Source: an uncultured Gemmatimonadales bacterium
GTDB lineage: Bacteria > Gemmatimonadota > Gemmatimonadetes > Gemmatimonadales > GWC2-71-9
Length of the DNA stretch: 64,000 nucleotides
Assembly (NCBI GenBank): GCA_963695555.1
Contig: CAVOGR010000002.1
Location: 320,001 to 384,000 of the forward strand
Direction of reading: 5' to 3'
The notes under the pieces are model-generated. The model had not been told where the DNA came from. It did not search any database and saw nothing but the letters and a program-made list of their open reading frames with translations. Below are positions 40,005-51,357 of the stretch, in pieces. The position numbers and the translations under genes were made by a program. Position 1 is the first letter of the stretch. Every line of letters begins with the position of its first letter.

Positions 40005-41078
40005 ATGGCTCGCACCAAGGCTCGGAAGAAGGCTCAGCGGAACGCGCGCAAGAAACCCAGAAGGCTCTTCTGGACCCGGTGGTCCGACGAACGGCTCCTC
40101 GAACTCCGGCTCTGCGACCTGGGGCTTCGCGTCGAGGGTACCTGGATTGCCAAGCGCGTGAAAGAACTCTACCGCGAGCTCGGTGCTCGGGACATCCGGC
40201 TGCGGCCGCACATTTGGCTGACCGACGAGTGGTTCAGCCCGGCCGGGATTCCCGGCATTGGCGTGCCATTCTATTTAGCGCATCCGAGGCTCATGCGGCT
40301 CGAACGAGCCAAGATGCTCGAAGTGGAAGGTGGCACGCGCGCGGATTGCCTCCGGATACTGCGTCACGAGACCGGCCACGCGCTGCAACATGCCTATCGT
40401 CCGGAGCGGCGGCGGTCGTGGCAGCGCCTGTTCGGTCTTTCCTCCACGAAATATCCGGAGTACTACCGGCCGAATCCAGCCAGCAAGCGCTACGTGCAAA
40501 ACCTTCGGTTTTGGTACGCACAGAGCCACCCGGACGAGGACTTCGCCGAGACCTTTGCGGTGTGGCTCAAGCCCCGCTCCGATTGGCGCAAGCGCTACGC
40601 GAGCTGGCCGGCCATCAAGAAGCTCGAGTACGTCGATCTGTTGATGGCCGAGATTGGGCCGACCGTGCCTGTGGTGCGGACGCGGGCACAAATGGACTCG
40701 ATTTCGACACTGCGCACAACCCTCGGTGAATTCTATGCGGCTCGCCGCGAACGCTACCGCATGGACATCCCCAACACCTACGATCGCGACCTGCTTCGTC
40801 TCTTCTCGAATGACCCCCGGCATCGCCGACATCAGGCGGCCTCCACGTTTCTCCGACTGCATCGTGCCGAGATCCGAGCCCGCATCGCCAAGTGGTCCGG
40901 CGAGTATCAGGCCACACTCGACGCGGTGTTGGCCGACATGATAGGCCGCTGCCGGGAACTCCGACTCCGCGTGGCGGGGTCCGAACGGCAGCTGGTGATG
41001 GACTTTACCGTCATGCTGACGGTGAACGTGATGCAGGTGCTGTACGGCCGTGGCCGGCGGGATTGGATCGCCCTATGA
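40005..41078 (+). CDS. Putative zinc-binding metallopeptidase (zincin)
   Basis: LRHETGH (HExxH) and YAQSHPDEDFAETFAVWL. Confidence 0.8.
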   Translation: MARTKARKKAQRNARKKPRRLFWTRWSDERLLELRLCDLGLRVEGTWIAKRVKELYRELGARDIRLRPHIWLTDEWFSPAGIPGIGVPFYLAHPRLMRLERAKMLEVEGGTRADCLRILRHETGHALQHAYRPERRRSWQRLFGLSSTKYPEYYRPNPASKRYVQNLRFWYAQSHPDEDFAETFAVWLKPRSDWRKRYASWPAIKKLEYVDLLMAEIGPTVPVVRTRAQMDSISTLRTTLGEFYAARRERYRMDIPNTYDRDLLRLFSNDPRHRRHQAASTFLRLHRAEIRARIAKWSGEYQATLDAVLADMIGRCRELRLRVAGSERQLVMDFTVMLTVNVMQVLYGRGRRDWIAL

Positions 41079-42088
41079 AAAAACACCGCATCCTCGTCCT
41101 CATGCACCCGGAGATGGTGCCGCCCGAAACCGTGCGCGGGTTCACGCAGGATGAGATCAATTTGTGGAAGACGGAATACGACGTGGTCACCACGCTCAAG
41201 GAACTGGGCCACGAAGTCGTGCCGGTCGGTGTCCAGGACGAACTGCTCCCGGTCGGGCAGGCGGTGCGTGACCTGGAGCCCCACGTCGTGTTCAACTTGC
41301 TGGAAGAGTTCCACGGGAAGGCGACCTACGACCAACACGTGGTCAGTTACCTCGAATTGCTTCGCATGCCGTATACCGGCTGCAACCCGCGCGGGTTGGT
41401 GCTGGCCCGAGGGAAAGCCCTGAGCAAGAAACTCTTGGCGTACCACCGGATTCGCGTTCCCGCCTTTGCCGTCTATCCCATCGGCCGCAAGGTGCGCCGC
41501 TCCACACGCCTCGCCTTCCCGCTCATCGTCAAGAGCCTGATCGAACACGCCTCCCTCGGCATTGCGCGAGCGTCGGTGGTCGACTCCGATGAAAAGCTGG
41601 CCGAGCGTGTGGCGTTTGTGCACGAGCACATCGGTACCGACGCGATTGCGGAACAGTACATCGAGGGACGGGAGCTGTACGTGGGCGTGCTCGGGAACGA
41701 ACGGCTGCAAGTTCTTCCGACCTGGGAGCTCACCTTCGAAGGCATTCCCGACGACGCTCCCCGCATCGCCACGGCCAAGGTGAAGCACGACCCTGCATAC
41801 CAGGCGCGGCGCGGCATTTTCCAGGGGCCGGCCGAGAACATCCCGGCGGCGCTCGAGATGCACATCACACGAATCTGCAAGCGGATCTACCGGATTCTCG
41901 AACTCTCAGGCTACGCCCGAATCGACTTCCGTCTCACCGAGGCGGGCGAACTGTATTTCCTCGAAGCCAACCCCAACCCCGAGATCGCCCAGAGCGAGGA
42001 GTTCGCCTCCGCGGCCGACTATGCCGGGATCGAGTACCCCGAGCTCTTACAGAAGATCGTCAATCTCGGTATGCGACGAAGGCACTGA
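41075..42088 (+). CDS. ATP-grasp ligase, D-Ala-D-Ala ligase-like
   Basis: VFNLLE, PYTG, FPLIVK, EQYIEGRE, GYARIDFR, FLEANPNP; ATGA overlap with the zincin gene. Confidence 0.85.
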   Translation: MKKHRILVLMHPEMVPPETVRGFTQDEINLWKTEYDVVTTLKELGHEVVPVGVQDELLPVGQAVRDLEPHVVFNLLEEFHGKATYDQHVVSYLELLRMPYTGCNPRGLVLARGKALSKKLLAYHRIRVPAFAVYPIGRKVRRSTRLAFPLIVKSLIEHASLGIARASVVDSDEKLAERVAFVHEHIGTDAIAEQYIEGRELYVGVLGNERLQVLPTWELTFEGIPDDAPRIATAKVKHDPAYQARRGIFQGPAENIPAALEMHITRICKRIYRILELSGYARIDFRLTEAGELYFLEANPNPEIAQSEEFASAADYAGIEYPELLQKIVNLGMRRRH

Positions 42089-42137
42089 CCAGTCCATTCA
42101 TCCGCGACCTTCAGTAGGCCGGTCGCTGGGAGGCCGT

Positions 42138-43427
42138 ATGCAGACCCGCCGATCCTTTGTCGCCGCTCTGGCCGGAGCGGCTGCGACCCTCCCGCCATTC
42201 CGCGCCGACGCGATCATGCAACTCTGGCGTGCCAACGACGTAGCCGGAACTCGTTCGCCCGAGGAGGTGGCCGAGGACGAGTCCTACTGGAGTCACATCC
42301 AGCGGGCGTTCGACACCGACCGGACGATCATCAACCTCAACAACGGCGGGGTCTGCCCAACCCCAACCCACGTGCTGGAGGCCATGATCAGGGATCTGCG
42401 CTTTACCAACGAGATCCCGGCCTATCACATGTGGCGGCTCCTCGAGCCCAGAATCGAATCGGTACGACGAGAATTGGCCATCGAATTCGGCTGCGACCCC
42501 GAAGAAATGGCAATTACGCGAAACGCGTCCGAGGCGATGGAGACCATGATCTTCGGCCTCGATCTCAAGCGCGGCGATGAGGTGCTTGTCACCAACCAGA
42601 ACTACGGACGGATGCTCACCTCGTGGAACCAACGTGAACGCCGTGACGGCGTCGTGCTGAAACAGGTCTCCTTTCGCGTTCCGCCCCCCTCGCCCGAATA
42701 CCTCGTGGACCAGTTCCGTCGCGCCATCACCCCACGCACTCGCGTCATCGAAGTCACCCACATCACCAACCTGACCGGTCAGGTCATGCCGGTCCGCGAG
42801 CTCGTTGAGCTGGCCCGCCCACGTGGCATCGAGGTGTTTGTCGATGGAGCGCACGCGTTCGCCCATTTTCCCTTTACCCGCGACGACCTGGCGTGCGACT
42901 ATTACGGAACCAGCCTCCACAAGTGGCTTCTCGCGCCCATTGGAACTGGATTTCTCTACGTCCGGAAAGAGAAGCAACGAGGGCTCTGGCCCCTGATGGC
43001 GGCCTCCGAGGCACAGGACAACGACATTCGCAAATATGAGGAAATTGGCACGCACCCGGCCGCGAACCACAATGCCATCGCTGCCGCGCTGGCGTTCCAT
43101 CGGGGCATCGGGGCCGATCGCAAGATCGCGCGCCTTCGGTATCTTCGGAACCGGTGGGCCAAGCACTTGCTCGCGTCGAGCGACCGCGTTCGAGTGCATA
43201 CGCCGCTGGACACCAACGACGCGGGCGCCATCGCGTTGATCCAGGTCGACGGGCTGGATTCAGGTCAGTTGTCCGAGTGGCTGCTCGGGCGGCACCGCAT
43301 TTTCACGGTCGCGATCAAACACGCTGAGTTCGAGGGTGTCCGGGTGACACCCAACGTGTACACCACCGTGGACGAGGTGGATCGCTTCGCCGAGATGACG
43401 CTCCATGCCATAGCCCACGGCATCTGA
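42138..43427 (+). CDS. Class V PLP-dependent enzyme (isopenicillin-N epimerase/cysteine desulfurase-like) with Tat-like signal
   Basis: LNNGG, VDGAH, SLHKWL (PLP Lys); N-terminus TRRSFV. Confidence 0.85.
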   Translation: MQTRRSFVAALAGAAATLPPFRADAIMQLWRANDVAGTRSPEEVAEDESYWSHIQRAFDTDRTIINLNNGGVCPTPTHVLEAMIRDLRFTNEIPAYHMWRLLEPRIESVRRELAIEFGCDPEEMAITRNASEAMETMIFGLDLKRGDEVLVTNQNYGRMLTSWNQRERRDGVVLKQVSFRVPPPSPEYLVDQFRRAITPRTRVIEVTHITNLTGQVMPVRELVELARPRGIEVFVDGAHAFAHFPFTRDDLACDYYGTSLHKWLLAPIGTGFLYVRKEKQRGLWPLMAASEAQDNDIRKYEEIGTHPAANHNAIAAALAFHRGIGADRKIARLRYLRNRWAKHLLASSDRVRVHTPLDTNDAGAIALIQVDGLDSGQLSEWLLGRHRIFTVAIKHAEFEGVRVTPNVYTTVDEVDRFAEMTLHAIAHGI

Positions 43428-43481
43428 GTGCTGCCGGAACACGACCTTGTCAGGGTTCCGTGCCGCCACAACCTTTCGGGC

Positions 43482-44945
43482 ATGGCCCGAGGATTACTTC
43501 ATCTCCCTGCCCCGCAGGGTGCCCGGCTTCTGACCCGTGACCTGATCGACACCGTCCGAGCCGCCGCCGCTCAGCTCCAGGCGACGCCCGGCGCGGACGC
43601 ATTGCACGATCTGCGCGTTGCGATTCGGCGGCTCCGAAGCCTGCTCAAGGCCTACAAAACGTGGCTGGGTCCGGCAGCATCTCCCAAGGTCCGGAGGGGC
43701 CTGGGACGAATTGCCTCCGCAACCGGAACCACCCGTGACATCGATGTCCAGTTGGCCTGGATCGAGCAGCACGCCTCCACGTTTGCGGCCCGGGAGCAGG
43801 CGGGCCTCACTTGGTTGAAACGTCGGCTCGAGCGGCGACGGAGCGCGACCCTGGCAAGTCTCCGCCGCAAGGAGGCGAAACGCCTGCGCCGGCTGACCGA
43901 CTTCATCGGGGAGGAGGTGCGGGAGTTTTGCTTGCCGGCAGACCCAGCGGACAGCGCTCACCAGCCGGCGGCCACCCTCGCCGCCGTGACCGGCGATCTG
44001 CTCGGAACCTTGCTCCACCAATTCGAGCCCGAGCTCGATGCCATCCGGTCGATCGATGACCGGAACCGTGCGCACGCTGCCCGGATTACCGGAAAGCGGA
44101 TCAGGTACCTCATCGAGCCGCTGAGGCAGGAGCTGTCGGCGGGCTCCGACGCCGTTGGTCAACTCAAGCAACTGCAGGACCTGCTGGGTGAATTCAACGA
44201 TGCCAACCAATTCGAGGACCTCGTAGCCCGGGCCCACGAGCGGGTGGCGGTTCGGCAGGAGCGCCGGTTCTCGAAGGCGGTGCTCAACGGGAAGGTCCTG
44301 GATGAAGCCTGGGTGGGCCGGATGCGGGAGCGGGACCCGTGCCCAGGGCTTGCAGCCTTGCACGAGCGTCTCGATGCGCGGCGGCACGAGTGCTACGCTC
44401 GCATCGAGCAGTGGCTGCACGATGAAGCCTTCGCACTGCGCCGCCGCTTGCATGACATGGTCGGGGCGCTCTGCCGCACCCAGCTGCCGGATCGCGAAAT
44501 CGAGCGCAAGTACCTGCTTCGGTCATTGCCGGACCTGGTCGTCGGTTCGGCTGCCCAGCTGATCGAGCAGGGCTATCTCCCGGGCTCCCGGGTTCGAGAA
44601 CGCCTCCGACGCATACGGATGACAGGAACGGAACGGTATTACCGGACGATCAAAGTGGGAGACGGAATCGACCGCGCGGAGTTTGAGGAGGAGACCACCC
44701 GCGAAATGTTCGCCTCCATGTGGCCGTTGACCGAGGGCAAGCGTGTTCGCAAGCGCCGCTATCGCGTGGTCTTTGGTGAGCTCATCTGGGAAATCGACGA
44801 ATTCCTCGACCATCCACTCATCATGGCGGAGGTCGAGATCCCCCACCCCAGCATCGATCCGGAACCGCCCGAGTGGCTCAGGCCCTACGTGGTCCGTCAA
44901 GTCTCGGGCGAGCCCGAATTCCTCAACGTGAACCTGGCGCGGTAG
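43482..44945 (+). CDS. CHAD domain plus C-terminal CYTH domain protein
   Basis: LHDLRVAIRRLRS, HAARITGKRIRY, LQDLLGEFND; EIERKYL, RKRRY, WEIDEF. Confidence 0.85.
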   Translation: MARGLLHLPAPQGARLLTRDLIDTVRAAAAQLQATPGADALHDLRVAIRRLRSLLKAYKTWLGPAASPKVRRGLGRIASATGTTRDIDVQLAWIEQHASTFAAREQAGLTWLKRRLERRRSATLASLRRKEAKRLRRLTDFIGEEVREFCLPADPADSAHQPAATLAAVTGDLLGTLLHQFEPELDAIRSIDDRNRAHAARITGKRIRYLIEPLRQELSAGSDAVGQLKQLQDLLGEFNDANQFEDLVARAHERVAVRQERRFSKAVLNGKVLDEAWVGRMRERDPCPGLAALHERLDARRHECYARIEQWLHDEAFALRRRLHDMVGALCRTQLPDREIERKYLLRSLPDLVVGSAAQLIEQGYLPGSRVRERLRRIRMTGTERYYRTIKVGDGIDRAEFEEETTREMFASMWPLTEGKRVRKRRYRVVFGELIWEIDEFLDHPLIMAEVEIPHPSIDPEPPEWLRPYVVRQVSGEPEFLNVNLAR

Positions 44946-44988
44946 GGCCCAGGAATCGCCACCCGGGGCCTCCGGTGCCCCTAGGGGG

Positions 44989-45036
44989 TTGACGAGCCCT
45001 GGTCCTTGTGCTATCCTTTCATCCGGATGAAAGGAT
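44989..45036 (+). promoter_or_regulatory. Sigma70 promoter overlapped by a perfect 24-bp palindromic operator
   Basis: TTGACG-N17-TATCCT (44989-45017); ATCCTTTCATCCGGATGAAAGGAT (45013-45036). Confidence 0.75.
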
Positions 45037-45039
45037 GCT

Positions 45040-46011
45040 ATGACCGCACAGGCTGACATCTTTGGCCGGATGGATGTCCTGGCCGACAGTACGCGCACCC
45101 GCTTGTTGCTGGCCCTCGAGGCCGGTGAGATGACCGTATCGGAACTGCGGACCGTGCTCCAGCTGCCCCAGTCCACCGTGAGCCGCCACCTCAGGATCTT
45201 GTCGGACGAGGGCTGGGTCAGCGTCCGCGCAGACGGGGCGAGCCATCGCTATCGCAAGACGGCGAGCGGGCCGGATACCAGGGCCGCCGAACTCTGGCAC
45301 CTGGTCCGCACCGAGGTTCGGGAGACCGCGACGGCTGCCCAAGACGCGGCGCGCGCCGAGAGCGTGCTGGCCGCGCGCCGTGCCACGTCGCGTGAATTCT
45401 TCTCATCCACAGCTGGACGGTGGGATGAGTTGCGCCGTACCCTGTTCGGCCCGCGTCCCGAGCTCAGTGCGTTTCTGGCCCTGTTCGATTCGGCATGGGT
45501 CGTGGGTGACCTGGGAAGCGGTACCGGGCAATTGGCGGAGGCGCTGGCGCCCTTCGTCAGACGGGTCCTGGCGGTGGACGAATCGCCGGCCATGCTCGAA
45601 GCCGCACGGGTGCGGCTCACCAGCCTGCCCAACGTCGAGGTGCGTCGTGGCGAGCTCGAGGCCCTCCCAATCGAGGCCGGGGAGTTGGACGTCGCCATCC
45701 TGTCCCTGGTGCTGCACTACACGCCGGAACCCGGCCAGGTGCTGGCGGAGGCAGGCCGGGTGCTTCGGCCGGGCGGTCGGATGCTCATTATCGATATGCA
45801 ACCCCACGATCATGCCGAGTACCGGAGCGACATGGGACACGCGTGGCAGGGGTTTTCCAAAGAGCAGATCTTCGAATGGCTTGGGAACGCAGGGTTCGAT
45901 CGGCCGGTCTATCACATGCTGCCGGCGGATCCGGAGGCCAAAGGGCCGACGCTTTTCGCAGCGAGCGCGTATTGGCCCACTCGACCGTCGTCACCCGGCG
46001 CGACCGAGTGA
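45040..46011 (+). CDS. ArsR-HTH plus SAM-methyltransferase-domain regulator (SahR-type)
   Basis: PQSTVSRHL HTH; VGDLGSGTG; SLVLHY; directly upstream of ahcY. Confidence 0.88.
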   Translation: MTAQADIFGRMDVLADSTRTRLLLALEAGEMTVSELRTVLQLPQSTVSRHLRILSDEGWVSVRADGASHRYRKTASGPDTRAAELWHLVRTEVRETATAAQDAARAESVLAARRATSREFFSSTAGRWDELRRTLFGPRPELSAFLALFDSAWVVGDLGSGTGQLAEALAPFVRRVLAVDESPAMLEAARVRLTSLPNVEVRRGELEALPIEAGELDVAILSLVLHYTPEPGQVLAEAGRVLRPGGRMLIIDMQPHDHAEYRSDMGHAWQGFSKEQIFEWLGNAGFDRPVYHMLPADPEAKGPTLFAASAYWPTRPSSPGATE

Positions 46012-46045
46012 CGCACTGAACGATTCATTGTAAGGAGTCAACCTC

Positions 46046-47533
<1,488 letters not shown>

Positions 47534-47554
47534 TGGTCCGAATCGACTCTGACT

Positions 47555-47584
47555 GGCGACGGGGCGCTTCGGCGCCCCGTCGTC
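47555..47584. terminator. Hairpin between convergent ahcY and the Spy-like gene
   Basis: GGCGACGGGGCGC-TTCG-GCGCCCCGTCGTC. Confidence 0.7.
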
Positions 47585-47587
47585 GTC

Positions 47588-48112
47588 CTACCCGCCGGAG
47601 TCCTGTCCGCTCGAACGCCCACCCATCATGCCGCAGCCCCGTCCCATCCCGGACTCCATGCGCGACTGCATCTGCTTCATCTGTTCAGCGTGATGTGCGT
47701 CCAGCTTCGCTGCTTGATCGGTCGTCAATGCCGTCTTGATCCGCTCATGGAAGCGGAGCCGGGCCGGCATGAGGGCGTGCATCGCCGCTTGAGCGGTCGA
47801 CCTGAGCGCGGCCACAGAATCCGCACCCACCCCAGTTCGACAGCCGTGCTGCAGGGCGTCGTGTGCCTGCTTCGCTTCGGCTCGAAGAGCCTTCGTCTCG
47901 ACGAGCAGCGAGTCCCGAAACGGCTTGACGAGCGCGACCTGTTCCGGCGTGAGATCGAGCATGGTGGCAAGACGTTCCGTGGTGGGTTGGAACCCCTGGT
48001 CGTCCAACGCCATGCCTCCCCCCATGCCCCCCATATGTCCGCGCTGCTGTGCGACGGCCACCGTTGCGACGCACAGGAGCAGCCCGGCAATTCGGAGAGT
48101 GCGACCCAACAT
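47588..48112 (-). CDS. Spy/CpxP family periplasmic protein
   Basis: GGAGG RBS; signal peptide; LDLTPEQ and LTTDQ (LTxxQ) motifs; Met/Gly-rich termini. Confidence 0.8.
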   Translation of the reverse strand: MLGRTLRIAGLLLCVATVAVAQQRGHMGGMGGGMALDDQGFQPTTERLATMLDLTPEQVALVKPFRDSLLVETKALRAEAKQAHDALQHGCRTGVGADSVAALRSTAQAAMHALMPARLRFHERIKTALTTDQAAKLDAHHAEQMKQMQSRMESGMGRGCGMMGGRSSGQDSGG

Positions 48113-48457
48113 TCGATGCCTCCTCTAGTGTTGTGCGATAGGACCGCGGCTCGATCCTCCGCGCGTCCGCCCACGGTGGTGCCGTGGGCTTCCATGTAAG
48201 AGAGATCCAGGTCCATGAATAGAGGATGAAGCGAGGATGATGGACCCCTCATATGGGAACGCTATGAGAGAGGACGAGCCCCGATGGACCGGGTGCATGC
48301 GTCAGGCACAGCAGTTCGGTCCAGCGCCCGGGCCGCACGCCTATCTCAAGACTCGAGCCCGAACAGCCGCGGCCTTCGTTGGCCGGCTCCATCCGGGCTC
48401 GTCGGCACATCCCGGGACGTGCCTACATTGGTTGCTGGGCCGCTTCTCGGGAACCTC

Positions 48458-49117
48458 CTACCTATTACCCACGGTTTGGAGGTACGTCACGATGGCCGTG
48501 GTCTGTTCACGCGTCGGCGGCGTGACCTTCATCCGCTCGATGTTCCGCTCCATGCGCATGAAGATGGCAGGCCAGTCGTTGATGGTGTGCGCCTTCGGAT
48601 CCGGAAGCGCATGGCATTGGCCGCAGACCGCGGCAAACTCCTCGCGTCCCGTGCCGGGAGGGAGGGTTCCAGTGGTCACCTGGAGCGCGTGCTCGGTGAG
48701 GTAATCGAGCAGGACTCGCCGCTCCCCGGTCTCTGGAACCTGGATGCCAAATTCAGCCGGTAGCCGGTCCATTCGGAGCCACATCCGCCGGACGACGTTG
48801 GGCCAATCGGTGGCACTGTGGGTCGTCGGCGACGGTAGCCAGTGGCACTGCTGTGCGCAGTAGGTCACCACGAGTTTGGCGCCTCGCGATTCCGGATCCG
48901 GCAAGTCGGCAGCCGTCGTCCCCTCCGGGGGGAGCGCGACGCTGGCCGAAGCGAGCAAGATTTGATCGCGGGTTCCCTGGGCCGACAGCGGCGGGGGCGA
49001 CGCCTCGCCGCCTTGCGGCTGGGGGGCGCGTTCCTGGCATGCCACGATCCCGAGACCGACGAGAAGCAGGCCGACGGTCCGGGAGGTGAGGGTCCACATG
49101 CGAGCCTCCGAAGTCAC
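48458..49117 (-). CDS. Putative diheme c-type cytochrome lipoprotein
   Basis: Lipobox IVAC; two repeated domains with CAQQCH and CGQCH, each followed by H...W...RM. Confidence 0.78.
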   Translation of the reverse strand: MTSEARMWTLTSRTVGLLLVGLGIVACQERAPQPQGGEASPPPLSAQGTRDQILLASASVALPPEGTTAADLPDPESRGAKLVVTYCAQQCHWLPSPTTHSATDWPNVVRRMWLRMDRLPAEFGIQVPETGERRVLLDYLTEHALQVTTGTLPPGTGREEFAAVCGQCHALPDPKAHTINDWPAIFMRMERNIERMKVTPPTREQTTAIVTYLQTVGNR

Positions 49118-49299
49118 AGGGCCTCCTGCCGAAGTTAGGGTTCAGTCCTCAAGTTAAGCTGGAAATGGCGTCGAAACCACAAGGGCCGCCCTTTCAGTCT
49201 TTTCGACCGGTTCGTCATCGCATACCTTTAGCCTGCAGTAGTAGTTCGACGACGTGGCGTGAGTCCCCACCCGACTCCTTCCACCGAGTATCCCTTGCC

Positions 49300-51357
49300 G
49301 TGACTTCTAAGCCCACCTCTCAAGAGCACCTGGTCCTGTCACGGGAAGTCTCCGTGTTCCTGGTACAGTTCTCAATTGCGCTCCACAACATCTCGACGTA
49401 CCCGCGCGGCCACCCCATGCTGGCAACGGCGGTAGACAGCGTCATGGGTCGCGTTCGCCCATTGTTGAACCGGGACCACTCGCTCTCCCTCGGCGTTGCC
49501 AAGATGCAGCTTCTGGTCGAAGGCGCGGCCACCGACCCGGACAACGCTGTGTTGCGGGATCTGGCCCAGCGGCTCCACCGCCACCAGGTCGGGACAGTGC
49601 GGTTTGATGAGGGGGTCGCGCACGACGAGATGGCGGATTTCCTCGAGCGCCTGAGCGCCGACCCCATTTACCAGGGCGAGCCGCTCGGCTTGGGTCCCGA
49701 AAGAGAGCGCCTGAAATGGCCCCACATTCGGGTCACGCCGCTGGCGTTCGATCAGCTCGAACTGGTGGACAAACGTCCGGGTGACAGCGAAGAGACCCGA
49801 GCCGTTCGACTGTGGTTGGCGTTGGCTGACTCAGCCGTCTCGAAGGAAGAGGACACCACGGATCGACAAACCCTCGACGTGAAGGACGTCGCGCAGGCCA
49901 TCAACGAATCCTCCCGTGGCGAATCCTACGATCGCGTGATCGTTGGCTATCTCCTTCAGCTCAGCCGAGAATTGGCAGCGAGCGATGGGACGGACGGAGC
50001 CGTGCTCAAACGACGCCTGACGGAGTTACTCGAAGGCCTCACACCCGAAACTATGCATCGCCTGCTCCAGATGGGCGGCGGATTGGCGGAACGACAGGAG
50101 TTGATCAAGACCCTCTCGGGTTCCATCCCGATCAACGCCGTGTTGGAGTTGATTCGCGCGTCGGCGGACACTTCCCAGCAGACCATCTCGCACTCCATGC
50201 TCCGTATTCTGACTAAGCTCGCCGAACATGCTGGATCCACAACATCGACCGTCCGTTTCGACGCCGATCTCGCCTTTCGAGACTCGGTGCTGGACTTGGT
50301 CGACTCATGGGTCCTCGAGGATCCAAACCCTGAGGCCTACACCCAAGTGCTCGAGCATCTCGCTCGGCCGGCTGCTGCACTCGAGTCCAACGCGGAGGTC
50401 GAATTCGAGTCCGAGGCTCAGCGCATTGTCAAAATGAGCCTTGAACTCGACATGTTTGGACTGTCAGCGGGGCCTGCGGTGGATCATCTGGTGCGCTCGG
50501 GAAGTCTGTCCACGTTGCTCATGTTATTGGAAGAGGATGTGGGGAAATCGGAGACCCGTGAGGCTTTCTGGTCTCATCTGTGCCGCGTGGACACACTCGA
50601 CCGCCTCCTGAGGGAGGAGAATCCCGACTTTGAAAGCATCGCCCGCGTGGTTGACCGAATGGGAGCCGCCGCAGCTGAGCCGATGCTCAAAGCGCTTGAG
50701 CTGGCCGAGTCCTTGACCACCCGTCGATGGCTCTTGAACCAGCTGCGACGGCTCGGTCCCGACCTAGGACCGCTGCTTGTGGCGCGGCTCACGGATACCC
50801 CGTGGTACGTCCGGCGCAACATGCTGGTTTTGATTGGGGCCATCGGGACGTGGCCCGAGGACTTCTCGCCGGCACCCCACGCCCGCCACGAGGACGCGCG
50901 GGTGAGGCGGGCAGCGTTCAAGCTCATGTTTGAGCGGCCGGAGTTCAGGGACGCTGCAGTACTCGATGCCCTAGGTGACTCCGATGACACGGCCATTCGG
51001 ATGGCCCTTGGCGTTGCGCAGGAAGGCTGTCCCCCGGCTGCGCTGCCGCGAATCATGATCCTGCTTCAGGACCCCCAGCGAGACCCCGATCTCCGGGCTC
51101 TCGGAATTCGGGCCCTCGGCGGCGTGCCGACTTCCACCAGCCGCGACTGGCTGGTGGAGCGCGCCCTCGGGCGGAAGCGCTGGTTTCGACGGCGCCGGCT
51201 GGCCGCCAAATCCCCCGAACTCCTCGCTATTCTGCAGGTCTTGGCTGCGCAGTGGGCAACGCACCCCGATGCGGCGACCGTCCTCCGGTTGGCGGCCCAG
51301 AGTGCCGACCCTGAGGTCCGGGCCGCGATTCAGACTGAGCCGAAGGACCCCGCGTGA
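49300..51357 (+). CDS. HEAT-repeat protein with N-terminal YPxGHP domain
   Basis: WYVRRN, HEDARVRRAA and other HEAT repeats; start uncertain (49165 or 49300). Confidence 0.75.
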   Translation: MTSKPTSQEHLVLSREVSVFLVQFSIALHNISTYPRGHPMLATAVDSVMGRVRPLLNRDHSLSLGVAKMQLLVEGAATDPDNAVLRDLAQRLHRHQVGTVRFDEGVAHDEMADFLERLSADPIYQGEPLGLGPERERLKWPHIRVTPLAFDQLELVDKRPGDSEETRAVRLWLALADSAVSKEEDTTDRQTLDVKDVAQAINESSRGESYDRVIVGYLLQLSRELAASDGTDGAVLKRRLTELLEGLTPETMHRLLQMGGGLAERQELIKTLSGSIPINAVLELIRASADTSQQTISHSMLRILTKLAEHAGSTTSTVRFDADLAFRDSVLDLVDSWVLEDPNPEAYTQVLEHLARPAAALESNAEVEFESEAQRIVKMSLELDMFGLSAGPAVDHLVRSGSLSTLLMLLEEDVGKSETREAFWSHLCRVDTLDRLLREENPDFESIARVVDRMGAAAAEPMLKALELAESLTTRRWLLNQLRRLGPDLGPLLVARLTDTPWYVRRNMLVLIGAIGTWPEDFSPAPHARHEDARVRRAAFKLMFERPEFRDAAVLDALGDSDDTAIRMALGVAQEGCPPAALPRIMILLQDPQRDPDLRALGIRALGGVPTSTSRDWLVERALGRKRWFRRRRLAAKSPELLAILQVLAAQWATHPDAATVLRLAAQSADPEVRAAIQTEPKDPA

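Noticed and set aside
40005..40065. Histone H3-like N-terminus MARTKARKK on the zincin
   Set aside because: A short low-complexity basic stretch; the resemblance is most likely chance
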